Positions 36,556 to 48,417 of a stretch of DNA of 64,000 nt are shown here, piece by piece. The notes under the pieces are model-generated. The model was not told where the DNA came from. It worked only from the letters and a program-made list of their open reading frames with translations, and ran no database searches. The DNA is from Nymphaea colorata (taxonomy: Eukaryota). The stretch spans positions 41,478,001 through 41,542,000 of the forward strand of contig NC_045138.2 of assembly GCF_008831285.2 (NCBI RefSeq), in the 5' to 3' direction. Within the stretch, counting starts at the first letter, position 1; each line of letters opens with the position of its first letter. The translations under genes and the position numbers were made by a program.

Positions 36556-38197
36556 GCGGAGCACCACTAGGCGAACGAAGTTCATTTGAGTTTTGTGTTC
36601 TTAGGAAGGACGGCTGTTCAGTATGTCTGGTTTTATTCCGCTTTTATTCCAGCTTACTGTGCTAGACTTTTGCTTGTGTAATTTCAATATGTAAATTCAA
36701 GTTCCCGGAAACAGTTTCTTGTCGATGGTTCTTCTGTCGGTCGACATTTTTCTCTGGATATCCGCACACCCGTTTCCGTTCGTATATCTGAACCATTTGA
36801 TGGTTAGTATTCGAGTAGAACGCGCATCCGATGTGCGACAAATTGTGGCGGGCTCTCTGCCTACACCCGTTGCCTTTGTCTTGTTAAGACGGCATCCTTT
36901 CTCCGATCTGAGAAAGATGCCGGATCTCCTGTAAAAGCTTCTAGTCCTGGACATGCATGACTGACAAGACAGAGACAACCCAAAATGTTCAAATTATAGG
37001 GCTCCAGGTGGCTTTTGCTGATCACACGGTCTTGTCACCGATGGTTGGTTGTGCACGAGGGTGCATCTCAGATATGGCCTCTTGATGAGCTTCCGACTGA
37101 AATTGTTGGTTTACTCTGGGCTTTCTAGAAATCAGAAGATCTGGAGATCTTCACAGAGGCACAGCTGGGGAATCAGATTGGAGCTTACAAGTCATCGCGT
37201 TTCCAACTGAGCTAAGCCCTTCTCCCCTAAAGACTGGATGGTGGCCGCTGAAGTGCGGCCGGCCGTCTTCCAAAACGTTGCACGAAGATTCGGTAGGTTT
37301 TGAATTCGAATCTCTACTTAAATTGCTAAAATCTGCATAATCATCCCCGAGGTCATTTTGAATAAAAAAAAAATCATAAGCATGATAAGGGCCATTTTGT
37401 TTCTTTGGTTAGGGGATGATACTGTGATGGGATGGGATCTTTAAGCTAAGTCAAATGATTGTTAATGTCCAATAAAGAGTCTCTGGCCTCTCAAAAGAAT
37501 GTGGGGTTGGTAATAGGTATACAATAAATATCTGTCGTTCTTGAGTACTGCTCCAAACAACGAGATGTTTTGATTTCTCACGCCAACTTGATGGCAACCT
37601 CTTACCTTAAGTGGTCAATTCCATGCTGCGAAGATGATGAATTCCGAAGGCGATAAAAAAGCAGAGCCCCTTGTATTGATTGACCTCCAAGTTCTTAGCC
37701 CAACTCCAGAGGCTCCGTTTCTTTTTTTATTGCTTCCCGATTTGATTGATGATGAATTTTTTGTGGCGATTAAGTGAGGTTAGAGGAAATAATATCTGAG
37801 TGCTCATAAAATTTACCAAAGGGATTTGACTTGAAACATTTGAAGCAGGTCGCGTGACGAGAGCTCATTCAACTCGCCGAGCGCGTAGGTGTCAAAAACC
37901 GTGCGTGGCTCCCGCTCTTATTAAAGAGCCCCTCGTATTCAATTACCAGAATCTCCCCATTCTGGTAGGCGGCCACCAATATATTCTTCTTCCCATTTGA
38001 GGCTAGACCAATAATTTCATGAAAATATTCACAGTTCTTGACAAAGACATGCGAATTCAAAATCCTCATGTATAATGTACGCGGATGAACGCATTGCTCG
38101 GTCATCTTTACTAGGCTTATCCATGAACCGAGTCAACTCGTTGGTGTATTTTATGCATGTACTGTAGGCTCTTCTCTTCTCGTCCAGAGCTGCAGCG

Positions 38198-40704
38198 ATG
38201 GTTCATCTAGGGAGAATCTCTCTAAGGGAGTGGCAGAAGCCAAAGATCAACGTCTCATCGCCTGTTGTTCCCAAGGGCAAACTCCACAAAGCTGCTCAAA
38301 CCGTCGCCTTCCTTCTCCTTGCATCTTCTGCAGCTTTTTCCTTCCTGCAATTGTTCTCCCTTCCCCATGCAGAACCAGGTAAAGCCCGCCTCCTGACTTG
38401 TCACAATCCAATTCATCTCCCACACCTGGAGCTTTCTTTCTTTTCTTTTGGAATCACGAAACGCCGTTCAGTGTTCACCACCACCACCACCATCGTTCTT
38501 TTTGTCTGATTTTCTCTTCCATTTGATCGCAGAAAGAAAGGAACCTGCGGGCTTGCTCAGGACTCACATAACCGTCAACGGAAAGCCTTTGAAGGCCAGC
38601 AAAGAGGAGAGGCTTCCCCTGACCAGCCACTGTTCTTCTTTGATAGATGGTATGTGACTACTATGTACAACTTTTGATATACCAGAGTTGTCTCTAGGCT
38701 TGAATGGACTGTTTGATTGCCAGGAACCATTATTGAGTGCTTAAACGAATGACTCAGGTTCCTACAATAAGACAAGTTCGAAACGATGTCGTAAAAGAAA
38801 AGAAAATTAAATCATGCCGATTCAGTGAGACCATTCGTCCAGATGAGTTATAAAAGAAAACTATATAAATACTTGAAAATAGTAAGAACATAAAAATAGT
38901 TGATCTTTTATTAATTTGGTCCAAATTGAGCGACTCGGGCCGATTTTTTACAGCACTGGTTTGTAACCTTTTGAAGGCTGTCTTTCACCATAAAGCCAGA
39001 GCTGGGTATCATACTACCCATTGGAAGAGGGAACCTGAAATTTTGGCTAAAAACGGATGGCCGGAAAAAGGTGGTGCTTCCCGTCTTCCTAAGAAAGGCA
39101 TCTGAAAAAGGGGACTGTAGCTTGGGGATGAATGAGTTCTTTTACGTCCAACTTACACATTCCTGTAGCGTACATTTCAACATTGCAAATTTCGTGACCT
39201 CATAACTCCCTTAAAGAAGGGGAAAGGAAGAAAAGTAAACGAAAGAGAAACTTCCAGTCTCTGTTTCTGTTGTGCCTGGCTGAGATCGTTTAGAAGTTTA
39301 CGTCGAAAACTCTCGTATCACCATTGCCATGCTTTGCTGTTTGCAAGTCCTCTTACCTGCTTTTGTTCGTTGTCGTCCTTGAAACAAATAGAAATCCTTT
39401 TGATGCTGCAAAATTGAGTGAGTCAGGGCACGAGGTTTGATTATGATGAACTTTTCAAGAAGCAATGCTTGTTCTTGTTTGTTGATGATGATGGTTTGAT
39501 GACAATGATCATGAAAATTTCAGGTAGTGAAGATTCAGGAGAAACCGGTTTTCTTTGCTGCGACCGCTCGAGTTACAGAAGCGACGTTTGTTACATGAAG
39601 GGAGACATCCGCACATCGTCTTCATCGTCTGCAGTTCACCTCTACCACTCTGGAAGCTTGAACCTGAAAGAAGAGAAGATAAGGCCTTACACTAGAAAAT
39701 GGGAGAGAAACATAACCGAAACTATTGATGAGATCAAGTTGAAGCCGGTTCGAACTTCGCTCAATCGCCGCCATTCATGCCACGTCAAGCACCAGTCGCC
39801 GGCCGTTCTCTTCTCCACCGGCGGCTACACCGGAAACGTGTACCATGAATTCAACGACGGATTGATCCCCCTGTTCCTGACCGCCGAGAGGTTCGAAGGC
39901 AACGTAGTCTTCGTAATTCTGGAGTACCATAACTGGTGGATGAACAAATACGGACCCATCATCCAACGGCTCACAAAGCACGAGATCGTCGACTTCGCAA
40001 AAGATAAACGGACACATTGCTTCGGAGAGTTGATCGTAGGGCTGAGAATCCATGACGAGTTAAGCGTAAACCCGGGCTTGACCAAGTCAGGGAAGAACAT
40101 ACATGACTTTCAAGCGGTGCTAGCACAAGCATTCAGGCCTCCCCAGAACGAACCGAGACAGACGCTGTCTCGGCCGAGACTCACGATACTGACTCGGAAG
40201 GGTTCGAGGGTCTTGTTGAACTTGAAATCGGTCTCGCGGATCGCCAACAAGGCCGGGTTCGATGTCGAGACCTTGAGCCCGAAAAGGAACTCGGACATGG
40301 GTCAGATCTACAGGGTTCTGCATTCATCTCAAGTTTTGATAGGGGTTCACGGTGCCGCACTGACTCATTTTCTGTTCATGCGGCCCGGTTCGGTTTTCAT
40401 ACAGATCGTGCCTCTGGGCTTGAACTGGGCTGCGGATGCATACTACGGTGAGCCGGCCAGGAAACTGGGACTGGACTATGTCGAGTACCGGGTCCGAATC
40501 GGGGAGAGTTCTTTGTCTAGGGAGTACAATGCGACCGATCCGGTTCTGGTGCGACCCGAGTCGGTGAACAGCAAAGGATGGTGGGAGACTAAGAGGGTGT
40601 ACATGGACAGGCAGAACGTCCAAGTTGACACCAAAAGATTCAGGGACCTTCTTGCTAGAGTTTACAAGCGCGTTGTAAGGAAGCAGGAACTAGGAAGTTC
40701 GTGA
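38198..40704 (+). CDS. Glycosyltransferase family 61 (DUF563; MUCI21-like xylan glycosyltransferase clade), 492 aa. Exons 38198-38378, 38533-38649, 39524-40704
   Basis: N-terminal transmembrane segment and motifs CCDRS..RSDVC.MKGD, IRPYTRKWE, FSTGGYTGNVYHEFNDG, GVHGAALTHFLFMRPG. Two phase-1 GT-AG introns. 1479 nt in frame. Confidence 0.92.
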
Positions 40705-41985
40705 ACCCAAGTTCATGAACTTGGGCGATGAATTGGGAAGATACCAAACATGGGCTTTGAAGAATTCCATGCATTATTTGAATCTTCTATCATATCGCTT
40801 AACAGCTTGGAGGTCATTATCACTATTATTATTATTATTGCACTCATCCCGAATGCATACGTAATCAGGAAATTGGTATAATAAAAAATGAAAAATTTTA
40901 GAAAAGAATTGGTGAATATTTATTATTTATTATTTTACATAACTGCAGCTCAAGTTATTAATAACCTAGTGATCATTGACCAAAAATTGATTTAAATTAA
41001 CAGTTCAAAGCTTAGGTGTTCTTCTTTCAATGCCAGTGGCGCTAGTATTATTGTCATTTTTTTGGGTATTCCCAAAAAATTCACTAAGAAAAGAGAAGTT
41101 GGATTATGAGATTTTGAAGAAGCAACATTAATAAATAAACACGTCAACGGTTAAGTCGTTAGGATGCAGCATCGAACATAAAAAAAATTCAAGGAACATG
41201 TGTGCCACGCTGTGAAAACTGGTTGGGTAGGCGTATTAAAAACTTACGATAAAAGAATGAGAACATTTAAAAAATTAATGAAAATATAATTCTCAAATTA
41301 TTGAAAATGTTTTAGAACAGATCCTTGGCAGTGACATCCTTCAATCGTTCATCAAACCGACCTATGGAATTCAAATTATATATGAACATTGTTTATGAAC
41401 GTCATGGCAGCTTGAACTCACATAAATTAAACCAACAATGCGGATTTTTAGCACCACTAGTTCGACCAACTACGTTACGTCCCTTAAACAATTTTAAGAG
41501 AAGATTTAGAACCACTAGTTCGACCAACTACGGCGTTAGGAGAAGATTTCTAAGTGAAGAACGATTCCGTAGACTGCATGCAACAGTGCGGATGCTGGTC
41601 TTTGAGAATTAACACAAACGGTCAGTCTCTCTTTACTATATATGTAGAAAAGTGGAAGAGGCAAAGAAGATTAATAATCCCTTTTTACGGGAAAAAGGAA
41701 AAAAAAAAATATACTAAGTCCCCACCATATGGAAGTCTTTACACGAGGTGATTAAAGAAATTCCAAATAATTTTTCTTATTTCAGAGGAAATATTTTATA
41801 AAGGTCGGCTTTTGCATATTTTTTTGCATTTCTTTAGCTAATTTTTAACCTAACATGACAAAGGAACATTGTAGACATAGCTTAGTTATACGCATACGTA
41901 AGCTAGTTTAGCTTAAAATTCTTTTTGTCACATAAGTCTTAAAGCTCGTGTTTCTTTAATTTGGCCTCTCTCTCTCTCTCTCTTA

Positions 41986-42027
<42 letters not shown>

Positions 42028-44277
42028 GAATTGTGACTCTAAAGTTTTGATGCCATCTGCAAAACATTAAATGAGGGCCCATTTTTTATTTCCTCTTTCA
42101 GTTCACTTTTTATTGTTTCCTTTTAGTTTTCTTTATTTTTTAATGATGTTTTGTGATCCTTAGAATGAAGGAGGGGAAGAAGAAGAGGAAGAGCGAAGGA
42201 AGAAGAAGGGGCACGGGCTTCTCTCCCTCCTGCCGGCTGACGGTGTCACCCAGTAATCACAGAGCGAATGGCGACGTCAGCCGGCGGGAGGGGATAAACT
42301 CCTCCCCCTTCCTCCCTATAAGTGTGGAAAGGGAAGGGGTTTCACCTTCTTCTGAGTTCTGCCAATCAATGGCAGTGCCCAGAGAGTCGGCCGACGCTGC
42401 CCATTGTTTCCCGACGACGGGTGAGGGGGAGGAGTTAAGGAGGAAACGGAGAGGAGTTTCCTCCCTTTCCGCCGACTGACGACGGTGTCTAGGCCATCAG
42501 CCGGCATCGCCCAATGGTCACCCAACGTCAGGCAGCATTGGCCGATTATCCATGTAGTGAGACAAAATTGCAAGACCAACGCTGGTGGTCCGAGCCGACA
42601 TGTTAAGAGGGGGCCGGTCTCCTTTCTTCGTTTTAAGCATGGAGGATCTCGCAGGCCCAATCAAGGATCCAAAAACTTTCTCACATCTCCGCCGTTCATC
42701 GCATCCGGATGAAGATGAAATTTTGAAATGTGAAAATTGAAAGCATGTGGTAAAGTTGACATGAATATAACCCAACATATTTCGACAATCACTCGAAGGT
42801 TCTATTCTGAACTTCATGAATTTGTTAAGTGGGTGGGTCCGGATCTAGTTTGCATAGGAGACATCATGTCTGACCTGCCCTATAAGCTTTGGTTGGTTGG
42901 GTTGGACCCGGACCTATCATGTCTGGCTTACCCTACAAGCTCTGGTTGGTTGGGTTGGACCCACATCGCATCGACCGGACCTATGAGGCCGACACCCTGA
43001 TCCTTGATCAAAGTTTATAAATTATAAACGTTATGGGCTGTTTGACATTAAAAACAAGATACAAGTGTCATATGAATCTATATTCATAATTTTGAAGAAG
43101 ATTCATGAACATGACCGGTTGCTTCTGAAATTCATGGTGACATGCATCATCGAATTTTTGAAATTTTCCAACTTTATGGTTCGCACCCAAGAGATTTTTA
43201 ACCTAATGTGGGAAAAAAAGAAGAAGAAAAATTCCGATATTTGAAAGAAAAATATATAAAAAAAAGGGTGGTGATGTATAAGCATACTAACATGGTAAAA
43301 CACATAGTGTTGATATTTGCAGGAGAAACCACATTTTCAGCTAAACTGCATAAAAAAAAGGTTCTCCCACTCATCTTCATGAAAAATCCCTGCTACTTCC
43401 CAGTGAAGGAAGTAAATGAGATCAGTAATTTTATTTTTTGATAAGGAAGGGAGCCGGAGCCATCTCCCCGCAAGATATTCGTTGGAAGTGAAGGAGATTT
43501 TAAGAGTGTTAGACAGGAGTGCTGCAGAAGTTTTTGGATTCTCTGGATTCCTGAGAGTGGCAGATAAGCACAGAACCCGAGAAATTCTTGCATCTACCAA
43601 TAGATTGGAACATTAGAAATGGACGATACGATTCATATATAAGAATTCACAAAAGTTTGGTAGACAACCACTTAAAACTAATAACGGAAATCATAAAGAT
43701 CTTCCGTCTTCTTCCTTTCATCTCTGTCAACAGACCCTGCGAAGCAGGAATAAACAATCCAACAACAAGATGAAGGATTGAAAAAAAAAAAAAAAACCAA
43801 AGAAAGCCAGAAACGAAATCTACAATATCTAATTCTTTTTGGTATTTTTATATTCCAAGGACGAGCGTTTCATGTAACAACAGCATACTGATGCCTGCTT
43901 CATATTATACTAGAAAAATCGAGCATCCCATCTTTTTTATAATTGGGAGACATCCATACACATACAAACAAAGAACTATCCTCTGCAACACCAACATCGC
44001 TTTCCCCTCTTTCAGACATTTGTCCTCTCCCCTCCCTCTGTCTCCCAACATCCACAGGCACAGCAGTCAGCAGAATGCAACAAAACTACCAACTACAGAA
44101 CAAAATCCCCACTTCCCAATTTCTCCAACATGAAGGAAGAAAGGAAACATGAAAACCCCAAAATCCAAATCCCCTACTTAATTTACAACACCAACAGCCA
44201 TAAGAACCCATTAATTAAACCCCTAAAAGAGAAAAGCAAGAACCACAGAACAATGATTCTTCTTCTTCCTTTGTCAA

Positions 44278-45042
44278 TTATATTCTGATAAGGAATATAC
44301 TGAGTTCAGGGCCGCCATTGCCATCAGGGTTCATCATGTAGAAGGCCTCTGAATCCGAGCTACCCACCACCCTCTCGAACCTAGCACGCATGTACATGAG
44401 TTCACCACCCTCCTGAGCCAAGGGCAGCACCCCTGCCCCGACGGAGACGGCCCGGAGCAAGCCCAGCACCTTCTGGTCGCTCTCGCCGCACTCCCTGGAC
44501 ATGGCGTACCCAGTCTTGCGCCCGTTGCAGTACATGGTCCAGAAGGGCTCGCCGAAGAGGGGCTTCCCGGCGGCCCGCTCGCACTCCAGGGCGAGCCTCA
44601 CGAGCCCCGACGCCATCTCCTTCACGAGCGAGCTCGTCGGCATGGCCAGCTCCAGCAGCAGCGCCGGCTCCGACCCCGGCTCGTCCTGCACCACGAAGTT
44701 AACGTGGCCCCTGCGGTGGCCGAAGAGGGTGCCGGTCACTTTCTTGCCCAGGACAGGAACTCGGCGGGATGACGGAGACGAAAAAGAGGAGGAGGAGGAG
44801 GCGAACTTGGACCAGCGACAGGAGGGGAGGAAAGTCTTGAAGGGGAGGAGGGTAGTGGAGAGGGACCGGATGAGGGAGGCTAGCTTGTGGGGCTTGGACA
44901 GGTGCTTGGAGGAGGGGAACCTCTTGAAGGACGATGGTGGTGCGATGGTGAGGTCGTCGGAGTCGGTTGCAGCGGTGGTGGTGGCCGGAATTATTTTCCG
45001 GCTGCTGCTGTTTCTGCGGAGATGGTGTGGTTCAAGCGTCAT
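44278..45042 (-). CDS. MIZ1: MIZU-KUSSEI 1 family protein (DUF617), intronless, about 254 aa. In-frame upstream ATGs at 45171 and 45189 could extend it to 303 aa
   Basis: Motifs VTGTLFGHRRGHV, LVKEMASGLVRLALEC, WTMYCNGRK.GYA and ELMYMRARFERVVGS.DSEAFYMMNPDGNGGPELSIFLIRI, with a Ser-rich N-terminus containing SRKI.P. The start codon is uncertain. Confidence 0.9.
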   Translation of the reverse strand: MTLEPHHLRRNSSSRKIIPATTTAATDSDDLTIAPPSSFKRFPSSKHLSKPHKLASLIRSLSTTLLPFKTFLPSCRWSKFASSSSSFSSPSSRRVPVLGKKVTGTLFGHRRGHVNFVVQDEPGSEPALLLELAMPTSSLVKEMASGLVRLALECERAAGKPLFGEPFWTMYCNGRKTGYAMSRECGESDQKVLGLLRAVSVGAGVLPLAQEGGELMYMRARFERVVGSSDSEAFYMMNPDGNGGPELSIFLIRI

Positions 45043-48000
45043 TGATGGGGGAGTACGTGGAGGAGGAGGAGCAGAGAAGGGAGGAAGAGGAAGGAGGGTT
45101 GGGAAATGTTGCTCTGTCTCCCTCCCTCCATGGCATTGGAAGAAGAAGCGCAGACAAAAAGGCAGTGTCATGACGTGTGCTTTGGTCATAATTTTTCTTT
45201 TCCTTTGTTCTGTTTTTTTTTAAACATTTGCACGGCTTCATTTCAGAGCATCACCTGATTTTCCATCCGTGTTTGTAACGTTGGATCAATGGTCGGATTT
45301 GCATTCATGGCTAACTCAACGATGCCCTTTGTTATATACAGTATTATTTATTTATAAATTTGTGTAATTGTATGAATTTTATTTTTTTTTAAAAAAAATA
45401 AGTGCAATAATATTTTGATTCTTGGAATTCAAAACTAATTCAGCCACCTTCCTCGGATATAAAAAGTTCAATAACGGTATTCACTAGATAAGACATGGCA
45501 GGTTTTTGCTGGAAAGGTTTATAGATATGAGACATAAGAATTGATTACACAAGGATGGATTTTCTCACTTCCGCGCCACCACCGATGATCCTATTATGGA
45601 AAAAAGGTTCATGGAATATCTTTTGTAAATTTTAAGACAAAATTGTTTTTTATATATGCATCTGAAAAGGCATTTTAATTATTTTAAACCTGGAACTGTT
45701 TAAAATTTAATTGTCCTAAGTGTGATGAAATAAGAGCTTTATTGAAAAAAAAAAAGATTAAAATGGAAAAGGAGACCAGTGAATAGTGATGCATGAAAGC
45801 AGCGCTGCGCATGGCGTGGTCTCACCGAAAAAGAAAATTTAAAATTCTAAAGTCTGAAGTCAACTAGTGCACCATAAGAAATTCCAAAATTAAATAATGG
45901 AAATGATGATACGTTTTGTACCCTTTTTCACTTATTATATAAATATTTTTAGTCATGCAGTCGGCCCCGACTTGAAATTTTTGGTCGAGAGATACTAATA
46001 TTTTAGTAATATTTTAGATGTTAGACCTGTAAAGAGCGGCAATGTATAAATAAATAATTGGTTATGCAATATTAATATATAAGTAAATTCGAACTTGCCT
46101 CCACCACCTAAGTAAGTCACCCAACTTTTTTTTATTTTAGTGTTGCACCGAAGTCACACACAGTCAGGTGTGCGAGTACACCCGAGCTCAATTAAAATGT
46201 CATATTACTAAATTACTTATATATATGATATATTGTTTTGATATTTTCTTATATAATATAATTATTCAAGTATGTTATATACATTAATAACTAAATTGTA
46301 ATAATATGTTTATTCTGTTATATATATAATAATTTTAAAAAAATAATAATAAAATACTCTTACAGGCTGCACTTAAATTTTTTGAGATGTACCGTTTCGA
46401 CACCCACACCGGCACTCGCACCCAGAACTATGGTGACATAGTCCACCACCGCCTGGTAGCCTTGAGTTTTCATGATATTAGGTTGTGAATGAGCTTATGA
46501 TTACTAATGTTTGTTATAATTTGCGGTTTAAAAAAGTAATGCTCACCGGATTCAAACTGATGATGACTCTCTATGAGTTTGGTGTGGACGCGACATTTGG
46601 TTATGTCTGAATCCAACTCTCTCTTAATAAAGGTTTTTTGGAATTGGTGTTGGCTGGCGTGGGCAATAGCCCACCCCTAGCTCCGTTACCGGCTTTCAAC
46701 CATTAATTCCGACCAACTACTACGGCCACAGGCAGGAAGAAGTAGAAGGAAGAAGAATAGATAACTTTCTTTTCAAAGGACGAGTGCACTTAATAGAGTT
46801 TCTTTTTTTCTGCCACTTCTCACCACCGGCTCTTCTCTTACGACGAATAAGAAGAAACTTTCTCCCTGTTTGTGTCACTACACAAGAAATTTTCTGGACT
46901 GCTGCTTCATGGAAGAAGAAGAAGAAGGACATTTCTTAGTCTGCAATTGCAAAATGATGTTTATTTTGAAGAATTAAAGGACGAAAGATGTCGAACATCG
47001 AAGAATTATTACATTGTTGACTGGCTAATTAATGCTAACTCTTCACCGGAAAATGTAAGCCTCAGAAGCTGACTGCTCAAACCTGTCATGCTCGGGATTG
47101 AGGCTTTTCTTTATCGAAGTCAGTTTTCTGTTTTTATTTTTAATTAGGTCAATAAAAATGTCTTCCATGGCAATATGAAAGCCTTCATTTAATTTTTCTC
47201 CCCTGCAATATTTAGTAATAATTTAATTCGCCATGGCGCAAGCATATTCGCTTTGTCAATACTACTATTCCAGTTGGATTTGATCATTGTAAGTAATACA
47301 TACAAAGTCTAGCATATTTGAAAATTTGTTATTATATAATTTTGTAGTTTTAGTATATGTTCTTATATTTTTGCATTGTTATAAACTTATAATTCGGATT
47401 TTATGTTTACTAAAAGAACATTGAAAGGCCACATATCTATCCTTGTCTACATCTTTCCCAAAAGAAGTATTGAAAATATTTTTTGATTTTTTTTAACATA
47501 AAGGCATTAACTTTTGTAGTTTTGACAACAATAAAATGAGAAATTAGTAATACTTTCATGTTGTTCCAACTTCAATCTAAAGTCACCAAGTCATCTGATC
47601 AAGACGGTCTCGTTTAGTATGATGTTCATATGAATACAAATCAGATTTAAGTCATTAATGTTAACGATTATAATTCATCCAACAATGTCCAAACTGAACT
47701 AGAACTCGTCTCGTTTATAAACACATCCAACTCAAGTTCAAATGTATGTATGATCAAAATGTTAAAAGAGTCAAGTTCGAGTCATAAACACTTGACTCAA
47801 TTAAACTCACTACATAATGAAAGGTCAAATATAGTGAGAGAATAGTTAAACGAGCCGCAACATCCATATCATTCAAATTTGGAACACACTTAAATAGTAA
47901 GTTTCAGAAATTATATTGCAACTAATCCTGCTCCATCCAGACTCACATATCCTTTTTTGGGGACAAATACATGCTAAATAAATATTTTTCTGAACACATT

Positions 48001-48159
48001 TTTCCTTGCTGTCTGGATATATATATATATATAAAGGGAGGTTTAATCCTGACTATATGTTACTGAAAAACAGTCATTATATTTGACATTTCTTAATTGT
48101 CTTTAACACTAGGGAGGATGGACTTTCTCTCTCTCTCTCTCTTTGTTTCTGTGAAATCT

Positions 48160-48417
48160 TAGGGCATCGGGCCAGCCCGACACCTGAAAATTGAGTTCGG
48201 GCCCGGCTCAATACCCGACTTTCTAGCTCGGGCCTAGTTAAAAGAAAAAATATTTGTTTAAAGGAAAAATAAAAAATTTTAAATATAAAAAATAAATCGA
48301 ACCGAATCAGGCCCCGTCCGGCCGAACAAGGCCAGCCCGATATGTCATTGGTGCTGATTTTTTCAGGATCACGCCCCATCCAGCCAGGTACCTAGTAGTA
48401 CTCGTCCCAATGCCCAA
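48160..48417. mobile_element. MITE with GGCCCG/CCCGA subterminal repeats
   Basis: TAGGGCATCGGG matches the reverse complement of CCCAATGCCCAA. GC-rich arms surround an AT-rich centre. A similar degraded copy lies at about 50145-50447. Confidence 0.5.

Noticed and set aside
42150..42690. GC-rich stretch with several ORFs, possibly a Mutator-like end
   Set aside because: No matching second TIR or TSD found, and the ORFs are low-complexity.
42958..42968. GACCCACATCG, resembling the plant snRNA upstream sequence element
   Set aside because: One mismatch, wrong TATA spacing, no snRNA sequence downstream, and it lies in repeat-like DNA.
44501..45223. 240-aa plus-strand ORF opposite MIZ1
   Set aside because: Antisense shadow caused by high GC at third codon positions.
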